Below, piece after piece: positions 12,715 to 25,891 of a stretch of DNA of 64,000 nt; within the stretch, counting starts at the first letter, position 1; each line of letters opens with the position of its first letter. Where the stretch lies: NCBI GenBank assembly GCA_024137785.1, contig JAHRHZ010000251.1, positions 4,071,395 to 4,135,394 on the forward strand. The letters are read 5' to 3'. Source of the stretch: Ginglymostoma cirratum. Taxonomy: Eukaryota. Made by a program: the position numbers and the translations under genes. The notes under the pieces are model-generated. The model was not told the DNA's origin. It did no database searches and worked only from the letters and a program-made list of their open reading frames with translations.

Positions 12715-13476
12715 ATAGTCATATAGCACAGAAACAACCCTTCAGTCTACTCAGTCCATGCCAAACAGAATTCCAAACTAAGCTAATTTCGCCTGCCTGG
12801 CTCCTGGCTGATATCCCTCCAAACCTTTCCAATTCATGTATCTATCCAAATGTCTTTTAAATGTGGTAATTGTACCTGCGTCCACCACTTCCTCAGGAAA
12901 TTCATTCCATACTTGAACAACCCTTTGTGTCAAAAAAAAATTGCCTCATGTCTTGTTTAAATCTCTTTCCTCTCACCTTAAAAAAATATGATCCCGAGTG
13001 TTGAAATCCCCCATTTTAGGGAAAAGACAACTACCATTAACTCCGTCTATACCTTTCATTATTGTATACACTTCTGTTAGATCCCCTCTCAACCTCCTAT
13101 GCTCCAGTGAGAAAGGTCCCAGCCTATCCAGCCTTTCTTTATCACTCAAACCTTGCACATCTGGCAACATCCTGGTAAATGTCTTCTGATCCCACTCCAG
13201 CTTGATAATATCCTTCCTCTAATTGGATGACCAGAACTGGACACAGTATTCCGAAGAGGCCTCACCAATGTCCTGTACAACCTCAACATGACTTCCCCAC
13301 TACTATACTCAAAAGACTGAGCAATGAAGACAAGCGTGCCAAATACCTTTTTAACCACCCTGTCTATATGTGATGCAAACTTCAAAGAATTATGTACCTG
13401 CACCCCTAGGTCCCTCTCTTCTACAACACTACCCAAAGCCCTACCGTTAATTGGAGAAGGCCTACCCTTGTTTGTT
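12715..13476 (-). mobile_element. CR1 (HER1-like) LINE 3' fragment
   Basis: ORFs 13146-13436 and 12973-13170 give ERDLGVQVHNSLK, LYRTLVRP and LGPFSLEHRRLRGDL, the CR1 ORF2 C-terminus. Confidence 0.9.
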
Positions 13477-15084
13477 ATGCTTAGTTTGCCTGTATTTGCT
13501 TTAACCCTGTCACTTCTAGTCTTACCATCCTAAAGCCCTTTGAATATTAATTGTTTTGTAGGACTTAACTGCATCACCTTTCCCCTTCATTCTTAATCAT
13601 TCAGTTATCTTATCATCTGCATGCTTGCCAAAGTTGTTGCAATTTATTTTAGGTTAGCACCCATCCTGCTTACCTTCAAATTCCACAGTTGTTTTTTCAC
13701 AGAACACCTTTCCCTATCACTGAACATGAAAAGCTCATCTGTATACAGTCTTTCTCGACCTGTCATCACTAACATTCCTTACTTCTCCAAGGTTCTTCAC
13801 TGTCTTCTTGAAGCTTCAGTAAGCCTCTCTCTAAAATTTTAGTTATTGTTGGTGACTTACCTTTATTCCTTCCAATTAGCCAAAATCTTTCTTTCCCTCT
13901 AAAATTCTCACAAATTAACTGGTTGAGTTGGAATCTGTCTGGATAGGGAATTGTGATGCTATATCTAGCACTTACTGCATCAGCACTTCGTGGCTGGATG
14001 CAGGCGTGAATGCTGGAAACGCTGAGTTTGGTCATACTTGTGGAGCAAGGATTTGAGTTTATACTTCACGTTATAACATGTTGCCAGACTGAAGGAACAT
14101 TAGAGAGGAATATTTTAGAAGGATCTAAGCCAGTAAAAACAAACAACGCTAAGATGATGAGACAATAGGATGTGCTTAGAGAGCACAAAATGGTAAAACA
14201 ATAGAGTTGTAATGATGACAAAGTGAAGCAATAAGAAACAAAAGATGTACTTGAGATCAAGTGGATGTGTAAACGTAGAAAGGCGAAGCATGATTGAATT
14301 ATAGAAATGTAACAATGCAGAGGAGGCTAGTGGAAGAGCAGGCAGGCGATACTTATTTTTCAGCATTTTGTTTTCTTTTCCAGATTTTCAGCATCTTCAA
14401 TATTTTTGCATTTTTGACCACTGTTAAAACCTTATTAACTGTTAAAAATTTGACCATGTGTTTGGATTGGACTACAATAATCCACTGTTCATTGTGGTGT
14501 TGTATGTACCACATTCCACTGATCAAATTTTCCTGTTTGAAAGGAAAAGTATTTGGCAGCTTGTTTTGAAGTGATAATGCGATTGTAATAGTTATAATGC
14601 AAATATTCCAAATTTTAACAATCTCTAAATAGCAAAGTCACTTCAATTTTAGTTCTGACTTGGCACTGAACAAGATAAATAATGGTAGCTGTTTAAATAC
14701 AAATAGTTTGCAGTCGGCAGTGAAGCACTTTGTTCAAATTTTTGTAGTAATTAAAAGGATTAATGAAGAAAAGGGCACATTTTTTACAGACTAATGTAGT
14801 TTTGCACTGGACCATAAAGTAGATGTCTTAAATCCAATCTCCAGTCTTTATCTAAAATAGCAGTTTGTTGAGATGGAGCTAACTGCAGGGAGCACTCAAA
14901 CTGAGCTGTGATGTGAAGTCAATATTATTTGCGTAGTAAGTCATTGCTTTGCCTGTATCAGACTCCATAACTTAATATGAGCAAATAGAATTTAATCCAT
15001 TATTTTCCAAATCCATAATCATGATCATTCATGTTTGATCCTTTGTTACTTCTCTTAACTCCACATGATGATATTACATACGTT

Positions 15085-15998
15085 TACAATCTAGATGAAG
15101 GAACTGAGGGCTATGTTGCTAAGTTTGCAAATGACACAAAAGATAGGTGGTGGGGCAGGTAGTATTGAGGGAATGGGGAGGCTGCAGAATAAGAACAGGC
15201 TTGGACTTGGACAGGCTAGGAGAGTGGGCAAGGAAATGGCAGATGGAATACAATATGGGAAGGTGTGAGGTTGTACACTTTGGTAGGAAGAATAGAGGCT
15301 ATATTCTAATTGGGGAAAGGCTTTTGAAATCTAAAGCAGAAAGGAACTTAGGAGTCCTAGTTAGATTCTTATAAGGTTAGCATGCAAGTCAATTGGCAGA
15401 AGCAATATTAGCATACATTTCAAGAGAACCAGAATACGAAAGCTGAAATGTACTGCTGAGGCTCTAAAAGGTTCTGGTCAGGCCGCACTTAGAGGAACCA
15501 AAACATATTACTACATCTAAGGAAGGCATTGGACGGTGTCCAGAGGAAGTTTGTAAGAATGATCCCAGGGATGAAAGGCTTGTCATATGAGGAGCGGTTG
15601 AGGACTCCAGGTCTGTACTCAGTGGAGTTTAGAAGGGTGAAGGGGGTTCTGATTGAAACCTACAGAGTACTGAGAGGCTTGGATAAAATGAACGTGGAGA
15701 AGGTATTTCCAATAGCAGGACAGACGAGGACCCGTGGGCACAGCCTCAGAGTGAAGACAGAACCCTTTTGAATTGAAATGAGAAATTTCTTCAGCCAGAG
15801 GGTGGTTAATCTGTGGAACTTATTGCCGTAGACTGTGGAGGACTGAGTCATTGAGTTTCTGTAAGATTGGTTGGGCCTTGATTGGGAAGGAATCGAGAGT
15901 TACAGGAGAAGATAGGAGCATGTTGAGAAACATATATGAGGGACAATTCAATGGCGGTTCAGACACACATGGCCTAATTCTGCCCCAAAGTCTTATGG
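15085..15998 (+). mobile_element. CR1 LINE 3' fragment
   Basis: KFANDTK, WARKWQMEYN, LSYEERL, RTRGHSL motifs and GGCCTAATTCTGCCCC tail. Confidence 0.9.
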
Positions 15999-16096
15999 CC
16001 ATGGGCATTTATGTTTGAATGTTAATTGCAGAATGCACAAATATGTATGCTGTTATTTGCTAACTTTTACTCTTGGTTTGCTCTTCTCCTTTCTAG

Positions 16097-16151
16097 CGAT
16101 TACCACAACAGATTGAAGAAAGAAATGAGAAAATGAAAGAAGAAATGCTAG
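16097..16151 (+). CDS. TTC1: TTC1 penultimate coding exon (RLPQQIEERNEKMKEEML-G)
   Basis: Polypyrimidine tract and TAG acceptor at 16094-16096, 55-nt exon, donor G|GTAAGT; peptide matches the recalled vertebrate TTC1 C-terminus and its phase 1 end fits the next exon. Confidence 0.93.
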
Positions 16152-16230
16152 GTAAGTACTTTTGCACTGGTGTAGTATTCCTAGAATTACCTTCATTATG
16201 AGCCAGTGGTATCCACAACTTTCTCTGTAT

Positions 16231-17128
16231 TGTTATGATCTCAGCAGAGACTAGTATTATTATTTTGGAAGTTGGTAAACCCAGGTATTTACTAAAAGAA
16301 TGAAGTCACAAGGTTCACAGTTTACAACAAAAACCAAAATTAATGTATTCTAATAAGGCGGCACATTAGTTCAGTAGTTAGTATTGCTGCCTTTCAGCAC
16401 CGGAAACCCAGGTTGAATTTCACCCTCAGGCAATTGTCTAAATAAGAGTTTGCATATTCTCTCTGTGTTTGTGTGGATTTCCTCCTGATACTTTGGTTTC
16501 CTCACGGTCCAAAGATGTGCAGGTTAAGTGGATTTGTCGTGCTAAATTGCCCATAGTATCCAGGATGTGCAGTCTAGGTGGATTAGCCATGGGAAATGCA
16601 GTGTAACAGGGATAGGGTAGAGGGGTGGGTCTGAGTGGGATGCTGTTTGGAGGGTTTGTGTTTTATTTGATGGGTCGATTGCCTGCTTCCACTCTTTAGG
16701 GTTTTTATGAATAACTACATTGTCTTAGATATTAACGTTAGAATTAAAATTGCAATGAACACACTTACTTTATAAACCAAACTCTTGACGCGTTTCCTTC
16801 TGCACCTATTTCACCTATACCTCAAAAACACAAGTACTTATCGAAATTTGGAAGGTTATCACTTGGTCTCATTACCATATTAAAGATTTGTCGAAGAGCT
16901 GAGGTTTCTTGCGCTTTCTGCTTATTTCTAGCAAAGTTGGCCCTTCAAATCTTTGAGAGAAGAAACAAAATTTGGTAATTTAGTAGTATAGGTACACTTT
17001 ATTTGCCATTATTACAGCCATATAACGAGGAGTGAAATGACGCACCTCTCTTCACCTGCTTTGGTTGGCCCAAACAAATGTTGAAAATTATTTTCTAGCA
17101 CATGGCCATACCTCTCTCTGACATAACA
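16231..17128. mobile_element. Candidate solo-LTR-like element containing an HE1 insertion
   Basis: Termini TGTTATG...CATAACA form a 7-bp TG...CA inverted repeat; the start resembles that of 34278 (TGTTATGATCCCAGC). No clean target-site duplication. Confidence 0.45.
16356..16711 (+). mobile_element. HE1-type SINE
   Basis: GGCGGCAC head, V-domain, CR1-like tail. Confidence 0.88.
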
Positions 17129-17547
17129 TACAGTTATCCAATATTTATTGCCTGCCATGAGATCTGGACTGTGCATCTGTGATACATAAATTCTATCAGC
17201 GGTGCTTCTGCTGCAACCCCTGGATCTGTTGGAAGGGCTATCAAAGGCTGCTGTCCTTTTTGAACTCCGCTCCACAAGCTTTCAGGCAAAACTCATGCAA
17301 AGTCAACTACCGTAAAAGGTACAGAATCTGGAAAGTTAAAAGTTGTATCCCCTCACCAGGTCCTATTTTCACATCTCTCAAGTAACCAGTATTCTAGGAG
17401 AGGGCTTCCATCATCTTATTTGAATGCCTGGGACTTTGGTGGCCTGAAATGATTTTAAAGAGGAAAATCACTGCCTTAAAAAGGCCTCAGCAATCATCTG
17501 ACCACAGATTGGCTAGGAGATGAAACCAAAGTAAAGATAAACAGACA

Positions 17548-17735
17548 TGGCTATCAGTTAGCTGAATTGGTTGAATAGCTGGCTTGATGTGACGGTTGAG
17601 TGATGCCAGCAGTGTGGGTCTCATTCCCACACCAGCTGAGGTTACCACGAAGGACTATCCTCCTCAATCTCTTCCCCTTTCCTGAGGCATGGAGACCCTC
17701 AGGTTAAACCATCACCAGTTGCCCCTTCCTAATGA
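17548..17735 (+). mobile_element. tRNA-derived SINE (third family)
   Basis: CAGTTAGCTGAATTGGTT A-box-like head and body CCTGAGGCATGGAGACCCTCAGGTTAAACCATCACCAGT; opposite-strand copy at about 18345-18525 and a fragment near 44395-44475. Confidence 0.65.
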
Positions 17736-18647
17736 AGAGCCAATTAGCGTTTTCTTGAGTGAAACAAAGAGCAATTTTGTTATCCATTAACCCCAAGAAG
17801 AAAATTGTAGACATGAAGTCAAACGTATACACAGCTATCGAATTAAAAACTGACAATCTCCAGAACAAGGGTAAGATGGATGGAATATACTGTTTAAAGT
17901 TCTTAAGGTGTCCTTGAGATGTAAAGTATTAACATAAGGCCATTGTAGTTTAACTGATGTTTTGTATCTTGGAGGCAGCAAATATTTCATTTGTCCCTTT
18001 TGAGCTCACTGTGATCTTAACTAATTCTGTTACCAGGTATTTTCCTTGAGAGGTCAAAAGGTTGCTTTTTCTTATTCTGGTTAGAGTCAAAAGTCCTCTG
18101 CTGTGCCAGAAACATTTCCTTGAAATTCCAGCTTGTCTTGTACACTCTGTTTATGGGAGCTATGTTTCTTTTATACTTGATAATTGTTAAGTGAGGTTCC
18201 ATCTTCAATATGTGAAAATTTGCATTAAAGTGTAAACCAAAATAGGAGAAAAAGGTTTCTTCACATTTGACTGGGTGCAATGTAGACCCTTTTGATAATT
18301 ATTCATTTTGCTTCACACTGTCTTTATTTAAAGTAAGGTAAAGTCACAATAGTCTTACCAGACCAAAGAACTGTTCTCACAGTAGAGAGAGATGACTGGT
18401 GGTGGTTTAATCCAAAGGTCACTGTGCCTCAGGTGAGGGGAGAAGTTGAGAAGGAGAGTTCTCAATGGCACCTTCAGCCAGTGTGAGAATAGAACCCACT
18501 CTCTTGGCTAACAGAGCTAACTGATGCCTGCCTTTGTTTATCTTACTTTGGTCTCATGACTTGGCCAACCTGTGGTCAGATGATTGTTGAGGTCATTGTA
18601 AGACAGTCATTTTCCTCTTAAAAATATTTCCAGGCCACCAGAGTCTT

Positions 18648-19200
18648 GATTTGATTTGATTTTTTTGTTATCACGTACCTAAGTACAGTGAAAAGTTTTG
18701 TTTTGCAAACAGTACAGGCATTTCATAGGGCGCTTAGAGCGAGGCACACAAGGTTACGGCTGCACAGGAGGTGCACGAAGCATGATCAACATTAATTTGA
18801 TATTATATAGAATATTTATATAGAATGGTAATTATTGTCCTATATTAGAGAGGTTGATTCAGCAGTCTCTTAACAGCAGGGAAAAAGCTGTTCTTGAACT
18901 TGTTGGTGCGTGTTCAAGTTTCTGCATCTTCTGCCTGATGGAAGAGTTTGGAAAAGTATTACCAGGGTGGGAGGTACCATTGATGACTTTGGCAGCCTTT
19001 TCGCAACAATGGGAAGTGTAAGTGGAGTCCGTGGATGGGAGGCTGGCTTTCGTGATGGTTTGGGCTGTGCACACAACTTTCTGTAGCTTCTCATGATCCT
19101 GGGCAGAGCAATTGCCGTACCAAGCCATTACGCACCTGCATAGAATGTTTTCTTTCATTCATCTGCAAAAGTTGATGAGGGTCTTTATAGACATACCCTA
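18648..19200 (-). mobile_element. Rex1/Babar-like LINE 3' fragment
   Basis: ORF 18859-19158 ENILCRCVMAWYGNCSAQDHEKLQKVV, plus LPSGRR; (GATTT)n tail at about 18648. Confidence 0.85.
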
Positions 19201-20570
19201 CATGGACAAAATAAGATGGTGGAAGTCCTTTCCTAGAATGCTGGCCACTTGAGAGGTATAAAAATAGGACCTGGTGGGAGGGAGACAATTTTTAACTTTC
19301 CAGATTCTGTCCCTTCTAACATAGTCGATTTTGCATGAGTTTTGCCTGAATGCTTCTGGAGCTGGGTTCAGAAAGGACAGCAGTCTTTGATAGTCCTCCC
19401 ATTAAATCCAAGGGTTTCAGCAGATTCATTGCTGATGGAATTTCTCTAAGTATCACTAATGCACAGTCCAGATCTCATGGTAGTCAACAGTATTGCAAAA
19501 ACACAGTTCTGTAGATGAAGGCTATTATTAACTTGAAAAGGCTTGTTGTAATTTGTAGAAAGCTGAACGGTTCATCAATCCTGTACTGGATCTTTGTCAG
19601 TAATGAACTTTTAAGAGAAATAGCTGCCATAAATGTTCAGCATATGTTTCCTTCATATATAGGGGATGAAATATTGGGCTAACTGGGTGTGGATTGATAT
19701 GAAATCGTACATAGATTGTGTCACTGAATTATTATTAACAACGTAATCCTTTTCTATCTGAATTGGCGCATTCAGAAGATTTGATCTTGCATTTCCCTGG
19801 CAACTGGTGGCAGTAACACCGGAAACCCTGGAGTTACTTGCCAAACTCCTAGAAAATTTTGGGAAATGAACAAATGAATTGGAAAATTTATTACAAAATT
19901 TTAGAGAATGCAGTCTTATTTAATATAACATTTAACCATTGCATATCCTTGACCGAAAATTGTATTGATGATAAATGATGTATTTTATCCATAAGTGCCA
20001 TGCATGCTGTTGTGGCGCAGTGGTAGTGTCCTTGCCCCTGAACCAGTTCAAGCCCCATCTGTTTCAGTTGTGTGAAATGCCTTCTCTGAACAGATTGATT
20101 AGAAAAATGGGTTAAATAAAAAGATATATTGGATTCATCCGTAAGTACATTGGTTTGCTGTTTAAAACAAATTCATTTAACTGGAGGTGTCTTCTGCTAA
20201 TTGGAATGTTGTTTTCAAGAAAAATATTGCTTTACTGTTCTTTCTGAAAGATATTCACTTTCCACAGATATTAAGAATAGAGTTTGATGTTTCAGTTTTA
20301 TGCACATAATATTGATGCAGATTTGTTGCACATTAAGGTGATATATGTTGTAGAGGATATGAAGAGGTGATCTCTTTTTAGAACAGCAAAACAAAATCTT
20401 TGATTTTCAGGGTGTGAATACGGGACAGGAATGGTTTTAATTGTTTTGTTTAAGTTTATTCTGTACCAGTTTGGTTACTGAGGAAACGCCCGAGAGATTT
20501 TCTGAAATGTTGGCTAAAATTCGTTGTTTTTTAAAACAGTTATTTTGCTATTATGGAATTTACTTTTCCA

Positions 20571-20921
20571 TAGAATACCTACAATGTGAATAGAAGCCAT
20601 TCAGCCCAATGAGTCCACACCGACTCTACGAAGAGTATCCAACCCAGATCCACTACCCTATGCTGTACCTGTAACCCTGCATTTTCTGTGGCTAACATCC
20701 CTAACCTACATATCCTGGAACACTATGGGTAATTTAGCATGGCCAATCCACCTAACTTGTGCATCTTTGGACTATAGAGGAAACCAGAGCACCAGCAGAA
20801 ACCCTCGCAGACACTGGGAGAATGTGCAAACTCCACACAGACAGTCACCTGAGGGTGGAATTGAACCTAGGTCCCTGGTGCTGTGAGCCTGCAGTGCCAA
20901 CCACTGAGCCACCATGCCACC
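20571..20921 (-). mobile_element. HE1-type SINE
   Basis: Reverse-complement head CCACTGAGCCACCATGCCACC, V-domain and tail. Confidence 0.9.
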
Positions 20922-21457
20922 CTTTCGTTATGAGGACATATAATTTCATTAAGTGTGAACATTTAATTTGTACTTTCATAGTTTAAAAATATTGTACTGA
21001 TTGAAGTGAGAAATGTCTGTACGTCCAAAAATTGTATAAGTATTATACTGTCCAGCAGTGTTCGAAAGAGAGAATGCCTTGAAGGGTCTGTTACAGAATC
21101 CAGTTGGTTGGAATTGGGAACAATAAATGAGTTATTATGCAACTTGATGTATGCTATGTGCCCCCAGAGCAGTGTGAACTTGCACAAGGAGTAGATTTGC
21201 AAGGATATTATTGGCAAGTATAAGACCTGCAGAGTAGTGATAGTGGCAGACTTCAATCACTCAATACTAAGTGGAAGCATAGATTGTAATAAGGGCGAAT
21301 GAGCAGACAAATTTCTGAAGTGTGTTCAGTAGACTTAATCTGTATGTTTTGAATCCAGTAGAGAAGGAGGTATTATTGCTAGCGCTAATCCTTGAGAAAT
21401 GAAGCAAGTGAAAAATGTAACTGGGGGAGCATTTCTAGACTAGTGGTCATAGTATTG

Positions 21458-21660
21458 GGGCAGCATGGTGGCACAGTGGTTAGCATTGCAGCCTCACAGA
21501 GCCAGGGACCCAGGTTCAGTTCCAGCCTTGGGCAACTGTTTGTGTGGAATTTGTACATCCAAAGGTGGGTTAACAGTGGCCATGCTAAATTGCCCCTCCG
21601 TGTTCAGGGATGTGCAGCTAAGTGGGTTAACTATGGTGAATGTGGGATAACAGGGATGGC
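21458..21660 (+). mobile_element. Truncated, internally deleted HE1-type SINE
   Basis: GGGCAGCATGGTGGCACAGTGGTTAGCA head and GGCCATGCTAAATTGCCC core. Confidence 0.8.
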
Positions 21661-21753
21661 CAGAATTACTTCGTTGAAGAAAGAATTAGCTAGTATGAGG
21701 CAGCAGCAAATTAGGAATAAATGGATGATAACTAGGTTGAAAGATACGATGGA

Positions 21754-22244
21754 ATAGAATAGAACAGCTTTTATCGTCAATATACTCAATGAGTATAGTG
21801 AAAAGTTTATACGTCGCCAATTACAGTGCCAATTTAGATACAAAATACCTAGGCGCATCCTCTTTAGTTGAGCTTTTAGACAAGAAATAAAATGTCCAAC
21901 ATTACAGAAGAGTTCAATATAGCAGAATACACTGGCTCTTAGCTTTCAGTCAGCACCGGGCCAGCGACACGTCACACTGGGAGGCCGCTGCAGGAGGCCA
22001 GAATGTTGCTGCCCCAGGCTGAGGTGCCAACACTCTGATGCTGCTGCAGGCCGCCGGGAGGTCGCCATTCATGGTGGCTGGGGATGGTCATTCTTTGCTG
22101 CAGGTCGTTGGAGGCCAGGAGTTGAAAGGAAAAAATGAGAAGAAGGAAAACAAGCCCTAGGTGAAAGAACAAGAGAAGAGACCGAAGAAGAGCAGGCAGA
22201 GTGGATGAGCTCCGGCAGGAGCATCCTACTCCGCTGTCATCTTG
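21754..22244 (-). mobile_element. Non-autonomous retroelement with LINE-like 5' end and Rex1-like 3' tail
   Basis: Minus strand starts CAAGATGACAGCGGAGTAGG, has a GC-rich body and ends in a tail sharing TAYAGTGAAAAG with the Rex1 copies, followed by (TTCTA)n; near-duplication GATACGATGGA / GATAGCATGGA flanks it. Confidence 0.5.
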
Positions 22245-22879
22245 CAACATGATAGCATGGATATAAAGTTGGTTCATCAATAGGATTGTGGTAAATGGTT
22301 GCTTTTCAGACTGGCCAAGAGTGTATTGGAATAGTCAAGCTCACAAAGTCAGATTGGGATATCTGATCGGCGCGGATGGGATGGACCAAAGGGTTTGTTT
22401 CCATGCTGTATGACTCTGTGACTCTAATTCCAGAGGTGATAGATGGGTAGATGTGGTGGTAGATGTTGAACCAAATAGCCTATTTTCTGTCCTGTATATC
22501 CAGTGTAATGTTATTTAATGAACTGAGGTAGAGACAATCACCAACAAAAGTCTGATTTGGCCTTTGACAGTTGTTGGAGGAATGTAGTTATTAAAGAATG
22601 AACAGTGTGGCAGTTCATTTCAGTATTTTTGAATATACATTATAAGTGATAACCTCATCGTAAGCATGCTGTAAAATAATTATCCCTCACCTGACGTCAA
22701 TCAATATAATTTCAACCTAGCTCGCATTCTTTGACGGAAAAATTATTTACATCATGCAAACTAACATATCTAGATTTTCACTAACTCGTTACCATATTTT
22801 GAGGGCGCACATGATGTTTGAATGCATTAATTAAATTGTGGCTATATTTCATCTTCCCAAATGATTTATAATTAGAGAA

Positions 22880-23643
22880 TAATAGAGATGTACATCACTG
22901 AAACAGACCTTTCTGTCCAACGCGTCCATGCTGACCAGATATCCTAAATTAATCCAGTCCCATTTGCCAGCATTTGGCCCTTATCCCTCCAAACTCTTCC
23001 TATTCAAGTACCCATCCAAATACCTTTCAAATGTTGTAATTGTACCACTCCCCCGGCCATTCATTCCATTCACATACCACGCTCTGTGTGAAAAAGTTGC
23101 CCCTAGGGTACCTTTTTTAAAGCTTTTCACTCTCACCTTCAACCCATGCCCCCTTTATTTTGGGCTCCCCTACCCTGGGGACAGCCTTGACTGTTCACCC
23201 TGTCCATGCCCCTCATGATTTTATAAACTTTTATAAGGTCACCTCTCAACCTCCGATGCTCCAAAGAAAATCGTTCCAGCCTATACAGCCTCTCCCTATA
23301 GCTAAAATTGTCCAACACTGGCAACATCCTTGAGTATTTTCTGAACCCTTTCAAGGTTAACAACATCCTTCCTATAGCAAGGAGACCAGAATTGAACACC
23401 GTGTTCCAAAAGTGGCCTAACCAACGTGCTGTACAGCCAGAACGTGACCTCCCAACTCCTATACTGAATGGACTGACCAATGAAGGCAAGTTTACCAAAT
23501 GCTTTCTTCACTACCCTGTCCATCTGCAACTCCACTTTCAAGGAACTACGAACCTGCACTCCAATTACCTTTGTTCAGCAACACTCCCCAAGACCCTACC
23601 ATTAAGTATGCAAGTCCTACCCTGATTTGCCATACCAAAATGT
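22880..23643 (-). mobile_element. CR1 (HER1-like) LINE 3' fragment
   Basis: LYSTLVRPLLEHGVQFWSPCYRKDVVNLERVQ and FSLEHRRLRGDLIKVYKIM in ORFs 23302-23559 and 23139-23498. Confidence 0.9.
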
Positions 23644-25154
23644 AATTCACCCCTTAGTTTTGAGGGTTTCTATAGGCAAGATAAGAGATTTAGTTAATCA
23701 AGGGACGTAACTAACTTCCTGGGGTAAGTAATTTTTTTTCAGTCAATAAATAAGTTACAACATTAAATTTTCGGTAGCAGTCACCATGGATAGGATTCTT
23801 TTAAGACAATAATGTCCTTTTATAAATGTTATTTTACAATTTTAACATTTAAATACATCATTCATAATTCTGTTGTAAGACTGTGCTTTGGTGAATGTGC
23901 ACAAAATAATTGGTGACAGTGCAGAAGACTAAGTTTGAACCAGGTTTCTTTTCGAACAATTCACTTGGAAATTTGGATTCCATTATTAATGACACTGTAT
24001 GTTCTGACTAGCATCGTCCATCTGTTTTGTTTTCTGCCAATCACATGGCTGTGTCACGATTGCTAGTATTCTCCACCCACCCCCAAGCTTCCTTCTCAGA
24101 CTGACTACTTGTATATATTGCCTTGCACTTTGATACAGTTTTTCCCCTCTGCATCTGATCGCAGGCCATGCATCCAGCCTCATAACTGGATTGGTAGGAT
24201 TTTACAGACTACTTCAGTAATTTTGAGATCACTTCAATATCTGCACCATGAAATTGATTTGCGCCTGTTTGACCACAATTTGTAATCTGGCCAGCAGAGA
24301 ACAATAATATTACAACTCTGATTGAAGACAACTAAATTCAATAAATAAAGTAAAATAGTTTTTGTATGTAGATTTTCTCCTACCCGGCTAACTAAGGCGC
24401 ATTTCCAAAATAGTGAATTATATCTTTGCTGTTGTACTGGAGAGAAACCACTATACTTCAGGACCATATCCAACCAAGGAGTCAACTCTGAGCACATTGG
24501 CAAGAAAAATTATCAGGAGAAAGGATCAGGTGGGATTGTTGTTGGTGGCTTAGGTGATCGAGAGTCAGAGGACAAAGGAGAATAAAATTATTGATCTCTG
24601 AATTAGTTTTGTTCAACCGTTTCAAGTCTCTGCCCTTATTGTCACATTTTAATTTGTTACGTTATCTCTTGTTTGGATTTCATCTTTTACTTTAATGTCG
24701 ATATAATTTGCTTCTATGCATATTGCTTTTGCTGAATCCTTACTCCTGCAAAAGATGCTGAAAAGTCAGTGCAATTTCATAAACAATGCTATTTATCTAA
24801 CGTAATGCTTTTACATGCAAAATCTTTGAAATTGTGATCTTTTTCTTGCTCGTCTCCCCTTAAAGCTGTGGTTTGAAATGAAGAAAATTGATTGACATGT
24901 AATGTCCCGTTTACAGAAAATGCCGACTGCATCACCTTTTGTTCATAACGTACTTGTAGACTGTTTGCTGCAATATAATTTTGCATTTGGGCTATTTAAC
25001 ATACTGAATTTAGATGTTTTGATTAAGGGTTTGTATGTTTCCCAAAAAGACTTGTCACTGATCTTGTACTTTTTTTAAAGTTGTCCATATCTGAGTCCTT
25101 TGATGTTACCTTGAGATATTGCCCTACCGTTTATTTTCTGTTTTTTTATTGTAG

Positions 25155-25291
25155 GCAAGCTGAAAGATCTTGGCAACATGGTTCTGCGACCCTTTGGCCT
25201 GTCCACTGAAAACTTCCTGTTAAACAAGGATCCCAACTCTGGCTCATACTCTATCAACTTTGTGCAGAATCCAAATAACAATAATAGATAA
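25155..25291 (+). CDS. TTC1: TTC1 last coding exon ([45 protein letters not shown])
   Basis: T-rich tract and TAG acceptor at 25152-25154; in frame with the phase 1 exon at 16097-16151; TAA at 25289-25291; peptide matches the recalled TTC1 C-terminus. Confidence 0.95.
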
Positions 25292-25891
25292 TGCTCAATT
25301 TGGAAAACAGCTCAGTGCAAGGATATGCTGTTTAAAAAAAGTTATATAAAAGTATTGCTTTTCTAGGCATACAAGAAACTGATCTGTTCCAATTTTTGCT
25401 ATAACATAGCAAGCATTTGTTTACAATTAGAATCTGCACAGGTTTCAAGACACTCTGCTTGATGAAAGTAAAAGCCAGCAGTGAAACCATAAGTTTTATT
25501 TTGTCATTACATCTGGATAAATGTTAACCTAAGTGTGACATAGTGTTAATGAGCAAAAACAATTCATCAGTTAAGTTGCCATGTTACCACTAGGTAAATT
25601 TTTTGTTTGCCGTGGACATTTAAAATTTGCAAACTGCTGAAGCTTGATGTTTAGCTTAATACTGTTGATCATGCTGAATATATCAATATTGCCCATTGCC
25701 TTATTTTCTGTAGATTTAAGAAATTGTTTGAATATGATTCAGCATGATTCAGAGAACTTCCTGGAAATAAAAATATCAAAATTGTGGATTTTTTTCCCCG
25801 TGAATCTAGTATTGTTTCAATATGCATTTGGAATTCACTTGGAACAGTTGGTCTTGTCAGAACTTCATGAAGCTTAACCATCTAGATGGAT

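Larger units (their letters stand above)
17139..19495. mobile_element. Element bounded by about 280-bp inverted repeats (probable non-autonomous DNA transposon relic)
   Basis: 17139-17421 and 19208-19495 are diverged reverse complements, e.g. CCATGAGATCTGGACTGTGCAT / ATGCACAGTCCAGATCTCATGG and ACAGAATCTGGAAAGTTAAAA / TTTTAACTTTCCAGATTCTGT. Confidence 0.75.

Noticed and set aside
1-16096. Earlier TTC1 exons (TPR region)
   Set aside because: I found no segment encoding recognisable TPR-region peptide with splice sites; these exons probably lie left of the window.
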